The notes beneath the pieces were generated by a model. The model was given only the letters and a program-made list of their open reading frames with translations. It was not told the DNA's origin and searched no databases. From positions 6,112,001 through 6,176,000 of the forward strand of contig OZ253462.1 of the NCBI GenBank assembly GCA_965261395.1: 64,000 nt of DNA, in the 5' to 3' direction. This stretch comes from Candidatus Latescibacterota bacterium (GTDB taxonomy: Bacteria > Latescibacterota > UBA2968 > UBA8231). This document shows, in pieces, positions 19,036 to 28,701 of this stretch. Position 1 is the stretch's first letter, and every line of letters starts with the position of its first letter. The position numbers were made by a program, and so were the translations under genes.

Positions 19036-21914
19036 CTGATCTGGGTGGCGCGCACCTTCTATGTGGCGCTGGGCGGCACAACGGCGTTGGGGCCGGTGTT
19101 GGCGACCTGGGTTCGCATCGGTCTAACCGCTGTGGTGCTGGCTGCGCCGACCTTGCTCATGGGCGGAACCCTGCCCGCCGCGGCCAGAGCCGTCGCCCGC
19201 GATAAAGATGCGGGCCGGCAGCGGGTGGCTGCGCTCTACGGCGCCAATACCTTAGGTGCTGTAAGTGGGACCCTACTGGCCACCTTTGCCCTTTTGGAAT
19301 ATCTGGGAGCCCGCGGCACGCTGTGGCTGGCCTGCGCAGTCAACGCCGCTATCGGAGTACTGGCTCTGAGGTTTTCCCATTCGGGCGTTTTTGCAAATGC
19401 AACTCATGGGCAGGGCGACCTAGCAAAAGGGGCAGGGTCGAGGCAGCCCGCTCGTCAGAGGGCATTTGTCTTGGCCGCGGCCGCGGTCGTGGGATTTGCC
19501 TTTCTGCTCATGGAGCTGGTCTGGTACCGGATGCTGGCCTCTGTGCTTGGAGGCACTACTTATACTTTTGGAATCATTCTGGCCATGGGGTTGCTGGGCA
19601 TAGGCCTGGGTAGCATCGTCTATGCCCTATGGGGGAGAAGGCAAGCCCCGGCGCTTGCCGATCTGGCACTCACCTGCGTTGTCGAAGCCCTGTGCATTGC
19701 CCTGCCCTACGCCCTGGGCGACCGGGTGGCCGTGTTGGCAGGCGAGCTGCGCCAATGGAGCAGTGCGGGGTTTGCTGGATTGCTGCTCTCGTGGACTGCG
19801 GTCACCAGCCTTGTGGTCCTGCCCACCGCTATAGTCGCCGGTTATCAATTCCCACTACTCATTGCGCTAATGGGGTCGGGAAAGCGCCGATTGGGTGGCG
19901 ATGTGGGTTGGGCCTATGCTTGGAACACCTTGGGCACCATGCTGGGCGCGTTGGCCGGAGGGTTTGCACTGCTGCCGAGTTTATCCGCCCCGGGTGCTTG
20001 GAAGTTGGCGATCTTCTTACTGGCGATTTGGGGATGGGGATTGCGGCAGTTTCGCGGATTGGCAAGGAACGTCAGCAAGCGCGGGGCGGACCGATTTGGA
20101 GGCCGGGGTTGGTACTCGCGACTGCACTGGTAGCCCTGCTGCTGACGCTGGCGACCGGGCCGACAGCGGCGTGGCGCCATAGCCCGATCGGAGCGGGCTT
20201 AGAGGTGCTCCACGGTCGCAATGCCAACGAGATGCGCGATTGGTTGCACGAACAGCGCCGGGCGGTCTTCTGGGAACGGGAGGGTAGGGAAAGCGCGGTG
20301 GCCCTGCGACTGACTGATGCGGGCCCAGCTCTTTTTTTAAATGGCAAAAGCGACGGTTCGGCCATCGGCGATGCCCCGACCCAAATTATGGGCGGCATGG
20401 TGGGGGCGATTTTACATCCGCATCCCCGCAAGGCGCTGGTCATCGGTCTGGGAACGGGAAGCAGTGCCGGCTGGCTGGGTGCCATACCCAGTGTCGAGCG
20501 AGTCGATGTAGTGGAGCTAGAGGCGGCGGTGATCGAAGCAGCGCCGGTGTTTGAGACCGTCAACAAAGATGTCCTCGGCAATGCCAAGGTACACCTGCTC
20601 ATTGGGGACGCGCGGGAAGCCGTGCTGACCGGTCGTCGGCGTTACGACCTTGTCTTTTCCGAACCCTCGAATCCCTTCAGGGCCGGTGTCTCCAGCCTCT
20701 ACACCCGGGAATTTTACCAGGGCATTGCTGCGCGACTCGATGAAGGAGGTCTGTTCCTCCAGTGGCTACAGGCCTACGAAATAGACCCGGAAACCATCCA
20801 GACCATCTACGCCAGTCTCGGCTCGGTCTTCCCATTTGTAGAAACCTGGCAGACCAAGAAGCGGGATCTACTGCTGGTCGCTTCTTTAAAGCCCGTGTCC
20901 TACGACGTCTCCCGGCTGCGAGCCCGGATTGCGGAGGAGCCTTACCGCAGCGCGCTGGCAGTAGCTTGGCGGTCGGTTGATTTGGAAGGTTTTTTGGCCC
21001 ACTTCGTCGCCGGTCCCCAAACCGCGCGTCTTTGGAGTGCTCGGGCGGAGCTGAACACGGACGACCGCACGCAGGTCGAATATGCCTTAGCGCGAAGTTT
21101 GGGTGCCAGACAGCACTTCGACGTGGAGACACTCGAGAATTTGGCTCGCGACGGCCAAGAGCATAGGCCGCAGATTGCGAACGGTACGGTGGATTGGGAA
21201 CGGGTGCAAAGTCAGCGCATTGCCTTCTTGATCGGTCAGGGAGAACGCCTCCATCCGCGTCGATATCCCCACTTGAACGCCGACCAGAAAAACCGTATGA
21301 AGGCTCTGGCGGCTTGGCAACAAGGCGAGTTGACCACCGCGCTCGAATGGTGGTCCAAGCAATCGGATCCACCTGCGGGTCTGCACGAACAGCTATTTGT
21401 GGCGGCCATCATGGCCCACAATCAGCGCGAGGAAACGCTGCAGTATGCCGAGCGGCTGCGGGCATTCCAACCGATCGAAGCCGATATCATTATGGCCATT
21501 CTGCACACCCGCCAAGGGCGGACTGATAAAGGGGTGGCCGCGCTGGAGTCGGCCTTTTTAGGCTGTCGGACCGACCCATGGGCTTGGCCTGCGCTGGTGA
21601 AGAGCGCCCTAGCGCTGGCTGTGGATTTGGGGACCCGGGATGCGGGTCATGCGCGCCGGCTGTACAATGCCCTGCGCCAACCCTTTGTCATGGACTTTGC
21701 CAAAGAGGGACGTCTGGAGACTCTGTTGAATTTGAGCTTTCGGCTCGATTCACCGCGCGGCTGTATAGAGGTGCTCGAACAATTGGAGCCGCATATACCG
21801 TGGAAGCGCAAACTGCTCGAAGCCAGGGTGCGGTGCTATCGGGCTGGAGGCCATGCCAATAGCGAGAAGGCACAGCGGGATCTGGATGCCTATGTGGGGG
21901 CAGATGGAAATTGA
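19033..21914 (+). pseudogene. Fused membrane (MFS-like)/spermidine synthase-like methyltransferase, 5'-truncated and frameshifted
   Basis: PTLLMGGTLP, LYGANTLGA, VIGLGTGSSAG, VDVVELE, GDAR, SEPSNP. Frame change at ATTTGGGG (~20027) joins ORF 19045-20133 to ORF 19629-21914. First TM segments are missing. Confidence 0.85.
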
Positions 21915-22014
21915 TGTAATATAGTAGCCTAGTAGCCTATTATTTTATCCGCTCAAAATGGCCAAAGTCCAGTTGCAGGCGGTGGAGGAGTTACAGTAGC
22001 AGATGGCGGAATTT

Positions 22015-22070
22015 TTGACCGAACGGGGTATATATCGTAAAATAGTCATAACCGTTTTGCGATATATACC
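22015..22070 (+). promoter_or_regulatory. sigma70 promoter overlapped by a 44-bp imperfect inverted repeat (operator)
   Basis: TTGACC (22015)-17 nt-TAAAAT (22038); GGTATATATCGTAAAATAG / CCGTTTTGCGATATATACC at 22027-22070. Confidence 0.7.
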
Positions 22071-22085
22071 TGTTTTAGTCAGCGC

Positions 22086-23291
22086 ATGAGACGCCTTTAC
22101 GAACATCTCATCCAAACGCATTTCGCCGAGAACCGACAGATGCTCTTCCTCATGGGGCCGCGCCAAGTCGGCAAGACGACTAGCGCCCGGCGGGGGGCCA
22201 CCCACAGTGGCGAAGCGGTCTATCTCAACTGGGACAACGGCGATGATCGCCAGCGCATCCTCGCCGGCCCAGCCGCTATTGCCGAAGCCATGGGCCTAGA
22301 TCGGCTGCGCGAAAATTTCCCCGTCTGCACCTTGGACGAGTTGCATAAGTTCGGGCGTTGGAAAGGGTTACTCAAAGGGCTTTTTGATACATACGGAGAC
22401 CAAGCCCGTTTTATCGTCCCAGGTAGCGCGCGTCTCGATGTCTTTAAGGCGGGCGGGGATAGTCTGATGGGGCGCTATTTCGGCTACCGCATGCACCCGC
22501 TCTCCGTGGCCGAATTGCTGGCTCCCGAAGCCGGCGCACTCGTCCGTCCTCCGGCCCCCCTCGGCGCTGGGGCCTTTGCAGACCTGCTCCAATTCGGTGG
22601 TTATCCCGAGCCGTTGCTCAAAGCTGACACCCGTTTCTGGCGCCGCTGGAGCAGCACGCGCGTCCAGCAGCTATTCAAGGAGGACCTGCGGAGTCTGACG
22701 CAGGTGCGCGAACTAGGGCAAGTGGAGACGCTGGCCGAATTGATCCGGCAACAGTGCGGCCAACTCACTAGCTATGCCAGCCTCGCCCGCGCCATTAGCG
22801 CCTCCGTGGATAGCGTCCGGCGTTGGATCGGGGTCCTCGAATCCCTCTACTTTTGCTATGCGATTCGGCCTTGGCACGTCAATGTGGCTCGCTCCCTGCG
22901 CAAGGAGCCTAAGTACTATTTGTGGGACTGGTCGCAGGCACCCAACGACGGTGCCCGCGCCGAGAATCTGGTGGCCAGCGCGCTCCTCAAAGCCGTGCAT
23001 CTTTGGAGCGACCGCGGCGAAGGGGATTTCGGCCTGTTCTTTTTGCGCGACAAGCAACAACGCGAAGTGGATTTCGTCGTCGTCCGCGACGGACGGCCTT
23101 GGTTCCTAGTCGAAGTCAAGCGCTCCGGCAACGCCTCTATTTCACCGGCCCTGCACCTATTCCAACGCCAGACGAGGGCACCGCACGCTTTCCAAGTGGC
23201 ACTAGATCTGCCCTATGTCGAACGAGACTGTTTTGCCTACCATAAACCTATTATCGTCCCGGCGCAGACCTTCCTCTCGCAACTGATTTGA
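22086..23291 (+). CDS. AAA_14 ATPase with DUF4143 domain
   Basis: GPRQVGKT, LDELHK, GSA, SLMGR, GGYPE, KYYLWD, EN.V, REVDF...EVK. Confidence 0.92.
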   Translation: MRRLYEHLIQTHFAENRQMLFLMGPRQVGKTTSARRGATHSGEAVYLNWDNGDDRQRILAGPAAIAEAMGLDRLRENFPVCTLDELHKFGRWKGLLKGLFDTYGDQARFIVPGSARLDVFKAGGDSLMGRYFGYRMHPLSVAELLAPEAGALVRPPAPLGAGAFADLLQFGGYPEPLLKADTRFWRRWSSTRVQQLFKEDLRSLTQVRELGQVETLAELIRQQCGQLTSYASLARAISASVDSVRRWIGVLESLYFCYAIRPWHVNVARSLRKEPKYYLWDWSQAPNDGARAENLVASALLKAVHLWSDRGEGDFGLFFLRDKQQREVDFVVVRDGRPWFLVEVKRSGNASISPALHLFQRQTRAPHAFQVALDLPYVERDCFAYHKPIIVPAQTFLSQLI

Positions 23292-23352
23292 CGCGGCGAC
23301 CTATTGGCCGGCTGCAAGATTAAAAATCTGGTGATTTAAAAGGGAATCAATC

Positions 23353-24183
23353 ATGGCACAGTCCCCCATTTTCGTCCCCGACAACAAGGAAGACATACTC
23401 GCTTTTTTTCAGCAGTATAAGTACGCCGTAGTCGCCGGTGCCCTAACACCCGACGACATCCGCACTCTCAACGCCTTTGTCGATCGCTCCAAAGGGGAAA
23501 TCCCTCGCGAATGGGGGCCTGACCGCTTGGGCGTCTTTTCGCACGGGCAAATCCTGGTTCACCATCCTGAGTTGGACCGCTTCGTCCAGCCGGCGGTCTC
23601 CTACGATCTAGTGCAGACCATCATGGCCCCCCAACCTCGCTTTGCCCAATTCGATTTTCGCGACGTGCCCGCTGGCAAGGGCGACGGCGAGATGCGCTTC
23701 CATCGCGACCGGCCCTACCAACCCACCACCGAGACCGAGCCTGAGCGTCCCTACGAATGCACCTATGTCTGCGCCATTCACTACTTGAGCGACGTGGGGG
23801 CCAGCGATCCTTGCTTTTGCGTCGTGCCGAACAGCGGCCCTTACGAGACGTTGGAGGAGGCCCGCGACCAATTGGGTCCGGATTATGAAGAAGTATCCAT
23901 CCGCGGCCCGGCCGGCACATTGGTCCTGTACGACATTGCCATTTTTCACACCCGTCTGCCCGGACAGCGCGCCCGTGCTCGGCGCACTTTGCACCACTAC
24001 TACAGCCGCGCCGCCAGTCAGCCTCTGACCAATTGGGTGCTTCTTCCCCAGCGCTTGGCCGAACATCCCGACCCGGAGCAACGCGCCTTTTACAGCCAAT
24101 GGTCCGCGGCCACCCAAGCTTATGCCGAGGCCGGTTTTTCCGCGGAGTACTACCAGGAGCACGTGCTGGACAAACTCACCTAG
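23353..24183 (+). CDS. Phytanoyl-CoA dioxygenase (PhyH) family protein
   Basis: FHRD, IHYLSD, VVPNS, GPAGTLVLYDIAIFHTR. Confidence 0.85.
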   Translation: MAQSPIFVPDNKEDILAFFQQYKYAVVAGALTPDDIRTLNAFVDRSKGEIPREWGPDRLGVFSHGQILVHHPELDRFVQPAVSYDLVQTIMAPQPRFAQFDFRDVPAGKGDGEMRFHRDRPYQPTTETEPERPYECTYVCAIHYLSDVGASDPCFCVVPNSGPYETLEEARDQLGPDYEEVSIRGPAGTLVLYDIAIFHTRLPGQRARARRTLHHYYSRAASQPLTNWVLLPQRLAEHPDPEQRAFYSQWSAATQAYAEAGFSAEYYQEHVLDKLT

Positions 24184-24235
24184 ATAGCTACTGATCGCCT
24201 ACAGCGCCTGAAGCCCTTTCCCACAGGAGCGAACC

Positions 24236-25246
24236 GTGCAAATACAAGACCTATTCACCTCCGGCCAAGAAGGCTACCATACTTACCGCATCCCCGCTTT
24301 GGCCGTAGCGCCAGATGGCGCGGTGCTGGCTTTTTGCGAAGCGCGCCGCCACACCGGCCGCGACGACGATCAAATCGACATTCTCCTGCGCCGCAGCACG
24401 GACGGCGGTCGCACTTGGGAGCCTCGCCAACGGATCGTCGCCGACGGCGAGCGCACCTGCGGCAACCCCTGCCCTGTGATCGACCGCGACCGCGACACCG
24501 TGTTGCTTCCTTTTTGCAAGGACAACCAGGAGGTCTTTGGCAGCCGCAGCACCGACGGTGGGCGCACCTGGACCGACCCTGTGGAAATTACCTCCCAGGT
24601 GAAGGCTCCTTCGTGGACCTACCTCGGCACTGGACCTGGCCACGGCATTCAACTGCAAAGCGGTCGCTTGCTCGTGCCCTCTTGGGTCGATGAAAGCCCT
24701 GGCCCGGCCACTTGGCGTCAGCCACCGCCGACTTGGGGCCAAGTGCAGTCTTCCATCGCTTTTTACAGCGACGACGGCGGCCACACTTGGCAGGCTGGAG
24801 CCAAGTTGACGCACGACGCTTCGGACGAATGCGAGGCCGTGGAAATGGCCGACGGCTCCTTGTACATGACGCTGCGCAGTCGCAACGAACGCCGCTGCCG
24901 GGGCTGGTCGCGCAGCCGCGATGGCGGTGCCACTTGGTCTGCGGTCGCCTACGAGCCGGCCCTGCCCGAACCTTCCTGCCAAGGCAGCATTGTGCGCCTC
25001 GACGACGGACGCATCTTAATGGCGCATCCCAGCAAGCCCGACGAGCGCGCCGAGTTGGTCTTGCGGCTGAGCGAGGACCAAGGTCACAGTTGGCCCATAG
25101 CGCGAGTGCTTGAGCCGGGTGCGGCTGCGTATTCCGATTTGGCGGTGGATCCCGACGGGCAGGTTTTGTGTCTATACGAGGCCGAGCACTACGGCTGTTT
25201 GCGCTTGGCCCGCTTTGAGCCGATGTGGATTGAGGGAGGGCCTTAA
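24236..25246 (+). CDS. Sialidase (BNR/Asp-box) family protein
   Basis: YRIP motif; five Asp boxes (STDGGRTW x2, SDDGGHTW, SRDGGATW, SEDQGHSW); AAYS; no signal peptide. Confidence 0.9.
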   Translation: MQIQDLFTSGQEGYHTYRIPALAVAPDGAVLAFCEARRHTGRDDDQIDILLRRSTDGGRTWEPRQRIVADGERTCGNPCPVIDRDRDTVLLPFCKDNQEVFGSRSTDGGRTWTDPVEITSQVKAPSWTYLGTGPGHGIQLQSGRLLVPSWVDESPGPATWRQPPPTWGQVQSSIAFYSDDGGHTWQAGAKLTHDASDECEAVEMADGSLYMTLRSRNERRCRGWSRSRDGGATWSAVAYEPALPEPSCQGSIVRLDDGRILMAHPSKPDERAELVLRLSEDQGHSWPIARVLEPGAAAYSDLAVDPDGQVLCLYEAEHYGCLRLARFEPMWIEGGP

Positions 25247-25316
25247 TGGAATCGGAAATGTGATGGTGGCCGAGGTCAAGCAGGTGCAGACCGAGTTGGG
25301 GTGTCCTTGAGAAGCG

Positions 25317-27311
25317 TCAGAACATCACCGGAATGACATTGCCCACTGTACCGGTAAACGCGTCGACGACCAGCCACAGACCTCCGGTGGCGAATTGACC
25401 GACGATTAGGCCGAGAAAAAAGGGGCGGATTTTGTGGTACAGACCGCCGCCGCCGTAGCGCAGGATAGCGAGTTTGATCAGCCAGGCCAAAAAGACGGAG
25501 AACCAGATGTAGCGCATGGTCCACCCGGCGCTGACGGCAAAGCCCAGCGGGTGGAAGGGCCACCACATCAGGCGCTGGCGGGCGATCATGAGGAGGGCCA
25601 TGACCAGGCCGCCGCTCAAGGTCCAGAGCCAGCCGTCGACGCTGACTCCAGAGGGCTCGCTCAATTTGCGCAGGGCGAATCTGGAGGGATAGCTCGGGAA
25701 GCTCTGGCCGAAAAACTGGCTGTGGAGATTGACCCCGCCATAGTCATAGGCGAGGTGGAGGGTGTAGTAGATGGAGACGGCCAGGGTGATGAACATGGCC
25801 CCAGCAATGCCCCACAGGAGCCGACGCCGGTTGCCCGCGGTCTCGCTGGTCAGGCGCAGGCCGTTGGACAGGGGTGCCATCATAAAGACCAGCAATTCGC
25901 CGACCCAGATGAGGGAGTAGGCCGCGGCCACCATGCCCTTGGCCCCCAGGGCCGGGACGCCCACCGCGGAAACCACGAAACCGAGGGGCACCATGGCCGG
26001 GCTCAATGTGGGGATGCCGGCCTCGACAATGGCACGTGTCAGGCCGATGAAGATGACGAGGGCCAAAAAGACGAACAGCGGCGCGATCCAGGCGGGAATG
26101 CCGCTTTGCCACAGCCAGAGGGTCATGCCCGCGGTGCCGACGAGAAGCCCCAACAGGGCGCTGCGGTAGGACATGATCTCATCGGCATCGTCGACCGGGG
26201 CCTTCCTGGACAGGGCTTGGCGCCACACCTCGGCCAGGTGGTGCCGCCCCACCCACAGGCCCGCCCCCACCATTACGATCAGGGCACCCATCATCTGGTG
26301 GCCGGTCACTGGGCTGCTCCAGGGGCCAAGGGTGGCCTGCAGGGTATTGATGCCCAACAGGCCGAGGACGTGTTGTTGCAGCGTGTAGATTAGGAGGAAA
26401 AACCACAGGCTGAGCGAGAGGGTGGAATTGATGAGGAAGGAGAAGCCCAGCATGAGGAAATTGAGGTTGACCGGCAGATTGGTGCCGAGGAAGGACACGC
26501 TGGTGTTCAGCCCGATCTGGGCCACGGAGGGGAAATAGTGGTGCAGGGCATTGAGGCTGCCGACCAGGAAGGGGATGGCAAAGCCGATCCACATGAGCCT
26601 GCTTTTAAAAAAGGGCTTGAGCAGGGAGGGCCGGCCCTCGTCCTCGATCATGGCTAGGGCCACCTGGGCCAGGGGATAGGCCAGGCGCTCGTGTTCGACC
26701 CACTGGCGGCGCAGGATCACGGCAATGGAGATGAGGGCGAGGTACAGGGCGGCGTAGAACAGCAGCCAGTAGCCCAAGGGAGGCAACCAGCTGGCCCAGG
26801 GGATGGCCGTGGTGCCGATACTGCCTTCGTAGAAACCGCGCACGGCCTCGGGGTCGCCCATCAGCATCCATTCGGTGAGATGGGGATGGACGACTTCGGC
26901 CCATTTGTTCTCGGCCGAGGCGTAGTAGTAGGTCCCGGTGATCATGGGCAGGAGCATGCCGGTCACGCCCCGGGTGGGGATGGCCGCGGCGACCATCATC
27001 ATAATGGCGATGGTGACCAGTTCGCCCCATTGCAGACCCCATTGCCGCTTGGGCAGGGCCAGTACCACGTGGACGGTAATCAGGAGGAAGAAAAGCAGGC
27101 AGTACGCCGCCGGGGTCGATGAGGAAAAGCCCATGGGCGTGCCCTTGACCAGCATGGTGGTATGGGGCACGCCCAAGGCGATGACAACGCACAGCAGGGC
27201 ACCGAGAAACAGGCCGCGGAAAGTGATGTGGGCGTCAGGGCGTTCCCGGGCCCGGGGCGCGGCGCGTTCGGCGATACGGGCCCGCAGACTGGCGGGAATT
27301 TCTTTTTTCAA
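25317..27311 (-). CDS. DUF6785/DUF6784-type multi-TM membrane protein (putative transporter)
   Basis: RRQWVEHERLAYP, WWPFHPLGF, FFLGLIVG; paralog of 12523-14463. Confidence 0.8.
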   Translation of the reverse strand: MKKEIPASLRARIAERAAPRARERPDAHITFRGLFLGALLCVVIALGVPHTTMLVKGTPMGFSSSTPAAYCLLFFLLITVHVVLALPKRQWGLQWGELVTIAIMMMVAAAIPTRGVTGMLLPMITGTYYYASAENKWAEVVHPHLTEWMLMGDPEAVRGFYEGSIGTTAIPWASWLPPLGYWLLFYAALYLALISIAVILRRQWVEHERLAYPLAQVALAMIEDEGRPSLLKPFFKSRLMWIGFAIPFLVGSLNALHHYFPSVAQIGLNTSVSFLGTNLPVNLNFLMLGFSFLINSTLSLSLWFFLLIYTLQQHVLGLLGINTLQATLGPWSSPVTGHQMMGALIVMVGAGLWVGRHHLAEVWRQALSRKAPVDDADEIMSYRSALLGLLVGTAGMTLWLWQSGIPAWIAPLFVFLALVIFIGLTRAIVEAGIPTLSPAMVPLGFVVSAVGVPALGAKGMVAAAYSLIWVGELLVFMMAPLSNGLRLTSETAGNRRRLLWGIAGAMFITLAVSIYYTLHLAYDYGGVNLHSQFFGQSFPSYPSRFALRKLSEPSGVSVDGWLWTLSGGLVMALLMIARQRLMWWPFHPLGFAVSAGWTMRYIWFSVFLAWLIKLAILRYGGGGLYHKIRPFFLGLIVGQFATGGLWLVVDAFTGTVGNVIPVMF

Positions 27312-27567
27312 GCCGGATGCCTAGATTGCAATCGCTCGGTGGGCTGGGCACGGGGATTTTGTGGAGGCCAAGCCCTGGCCTATCTTTGTCCCAACCTATG
27401 TTTTCCAGCCGAAGCTTGTCAATGCCTTGTCAGGCCCGATGGACCAGGGCGCACTTGCCGCGCCGCGCCACTGAAATTGCGCCTGTCGGACAACCAGACG
27501 CGCATCCGCAAGATGGTCAGACTCGAATAACGCCTGCCCTATCACTCCCGTTTTCTTTTGAGACAAT

Positions 27568-28686
27568 ATGATCGATTATCCGCTCCAGCATGGTCTTGTC
27601 CAGGCAGGTACTCCGGTCGAAGTGGGCCAAGGCACCGGTCATTTCTGGTTTCCGTCCCTGCACCAAGTCGGCGACGACGCGCTGATTTGTGCCTGCATCC
27701 GCTCCGCCGATGTCGCGCAGGGGAAATGGCCGGCTGATCTTTTCGTGAGCCACGATGCCGGTGGTAGCTGGCACCCGGATCAGCGCATCGACTCGTACGG
27801 CCACACCTCCGTTCGAGATGCGTCGAGCACGTTGATGATGCCCTACGAGCAATGGCCGCAGTCGCCGGGAGACCGGCAAAATTGCGTTGCTCCGGGCAAC
27901 GTCCTGAAGATGGTCGATGGTGCACTCGTGGTCGAACCTCGGGACGTGCAGGTCTTTGATTTTCCGCGCCCGCTCGCCGATTACCACGAGGACGAGTTGC
28001 GGCTTCAGCACAGCGGCAACATCCTGCGCCTAAAGGATGGGAGCCTGTTGACGACGATGTACGGAAAATTCGATGGGGAAGAAGGCTATAATACGTTCGC
28101 AGTAGCCAGCGACGACGGGGGCTTTGCGTGGACGTACCGCAGCATTGTCGCCGGCCCGGATGCCGCGCCCGGCGCGCCCGAAGGCCCCAACGAATCGAAC
28201 ACTCTGCGGCTGGACAATGGCGACCTGCTGTGCGTCTATCGCGTCGGCGGTGGCTGGGATTTCCACAAGAGCATCAGCGCGGATGAAGGCCGGACGTGGT
28301 CACAGTCGGTGCGCATGGAAGGGATGGCCTCGGTGCAGCCGCGGCTAGCTCGGTTGGGAAACGGCGCGATAGTGCTGACCGGTGGCCGCCCGGGCCTGTT
28401 CCTCTGGCTCTGTGCCGATGGGCAGGGCGACCAATGGGAGCGGGTAAATCTGGGGGAGCATCACAACCGACTGGTCGAGCCGGATGCGGGTTTTTCGGAC
28501 GCCTTTTGCAACGCGCAGGCCGGAGAGGATCCTGCCATGAGTACGTCTTATACGGCGCTGATGCCTTGGGGGGCCGACGGGTTGATCGTGACCTATGACC
28601 GCTTGGCCAACGGCTGGGCTGGTGCCCCGGGACCGAATGGGGCCGTCGATCGGGTATTCAGCTTATCAGTAGCGATTTCTATCTAA
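27568..28686 (+). CDS. BNR repeat (sialidase-like) beta-propeller protein
   Basis: Asp boxes SHDAGGSW, SDDGGFAW, SADEGRTW; GPNE; TSYT. Confidence 0.85.
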   Translation: MIDYPLQHGLVQAGTPVEVGQGTGHFWFPSLHQVGDDALICACIRSADVAQGKWPADLFVSHDAGGSWHPDQRIDSYGHTSVRDASSTLMMPYEQWPQSPGDRQNCVAPGNVLKMVDGALVVEPRDVQVFDFPRPLADYHEDELRLQHSGNILRLKDGSLLTTMYGKFDGEEGYNTFAVASDDGGFAWTYRSIVAGPDAAPGAPEGPNESNTLRLDNGDLLCVYRVGGGWDFHKSISADEGRTWSQSVRMEGMASVQPRLARLGNGAIVLTGGRPGLFLWLCADGQGDQWERVNLGEHHNRLVEPDAGFSDAFCNAQAGEDPAMSTSYTALMPWGADGLIVTYDRLANGWAGAPGPNGAVDRVFSLSVAISI

Positions 28687-28701
28687 AAGAAAGGACCGGC
28701 C

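Noticed and set aside
25434-26393. 319-aa plus-strand ORF
   Set aside because: Antisense shadow of the DUF6785 membrane gene
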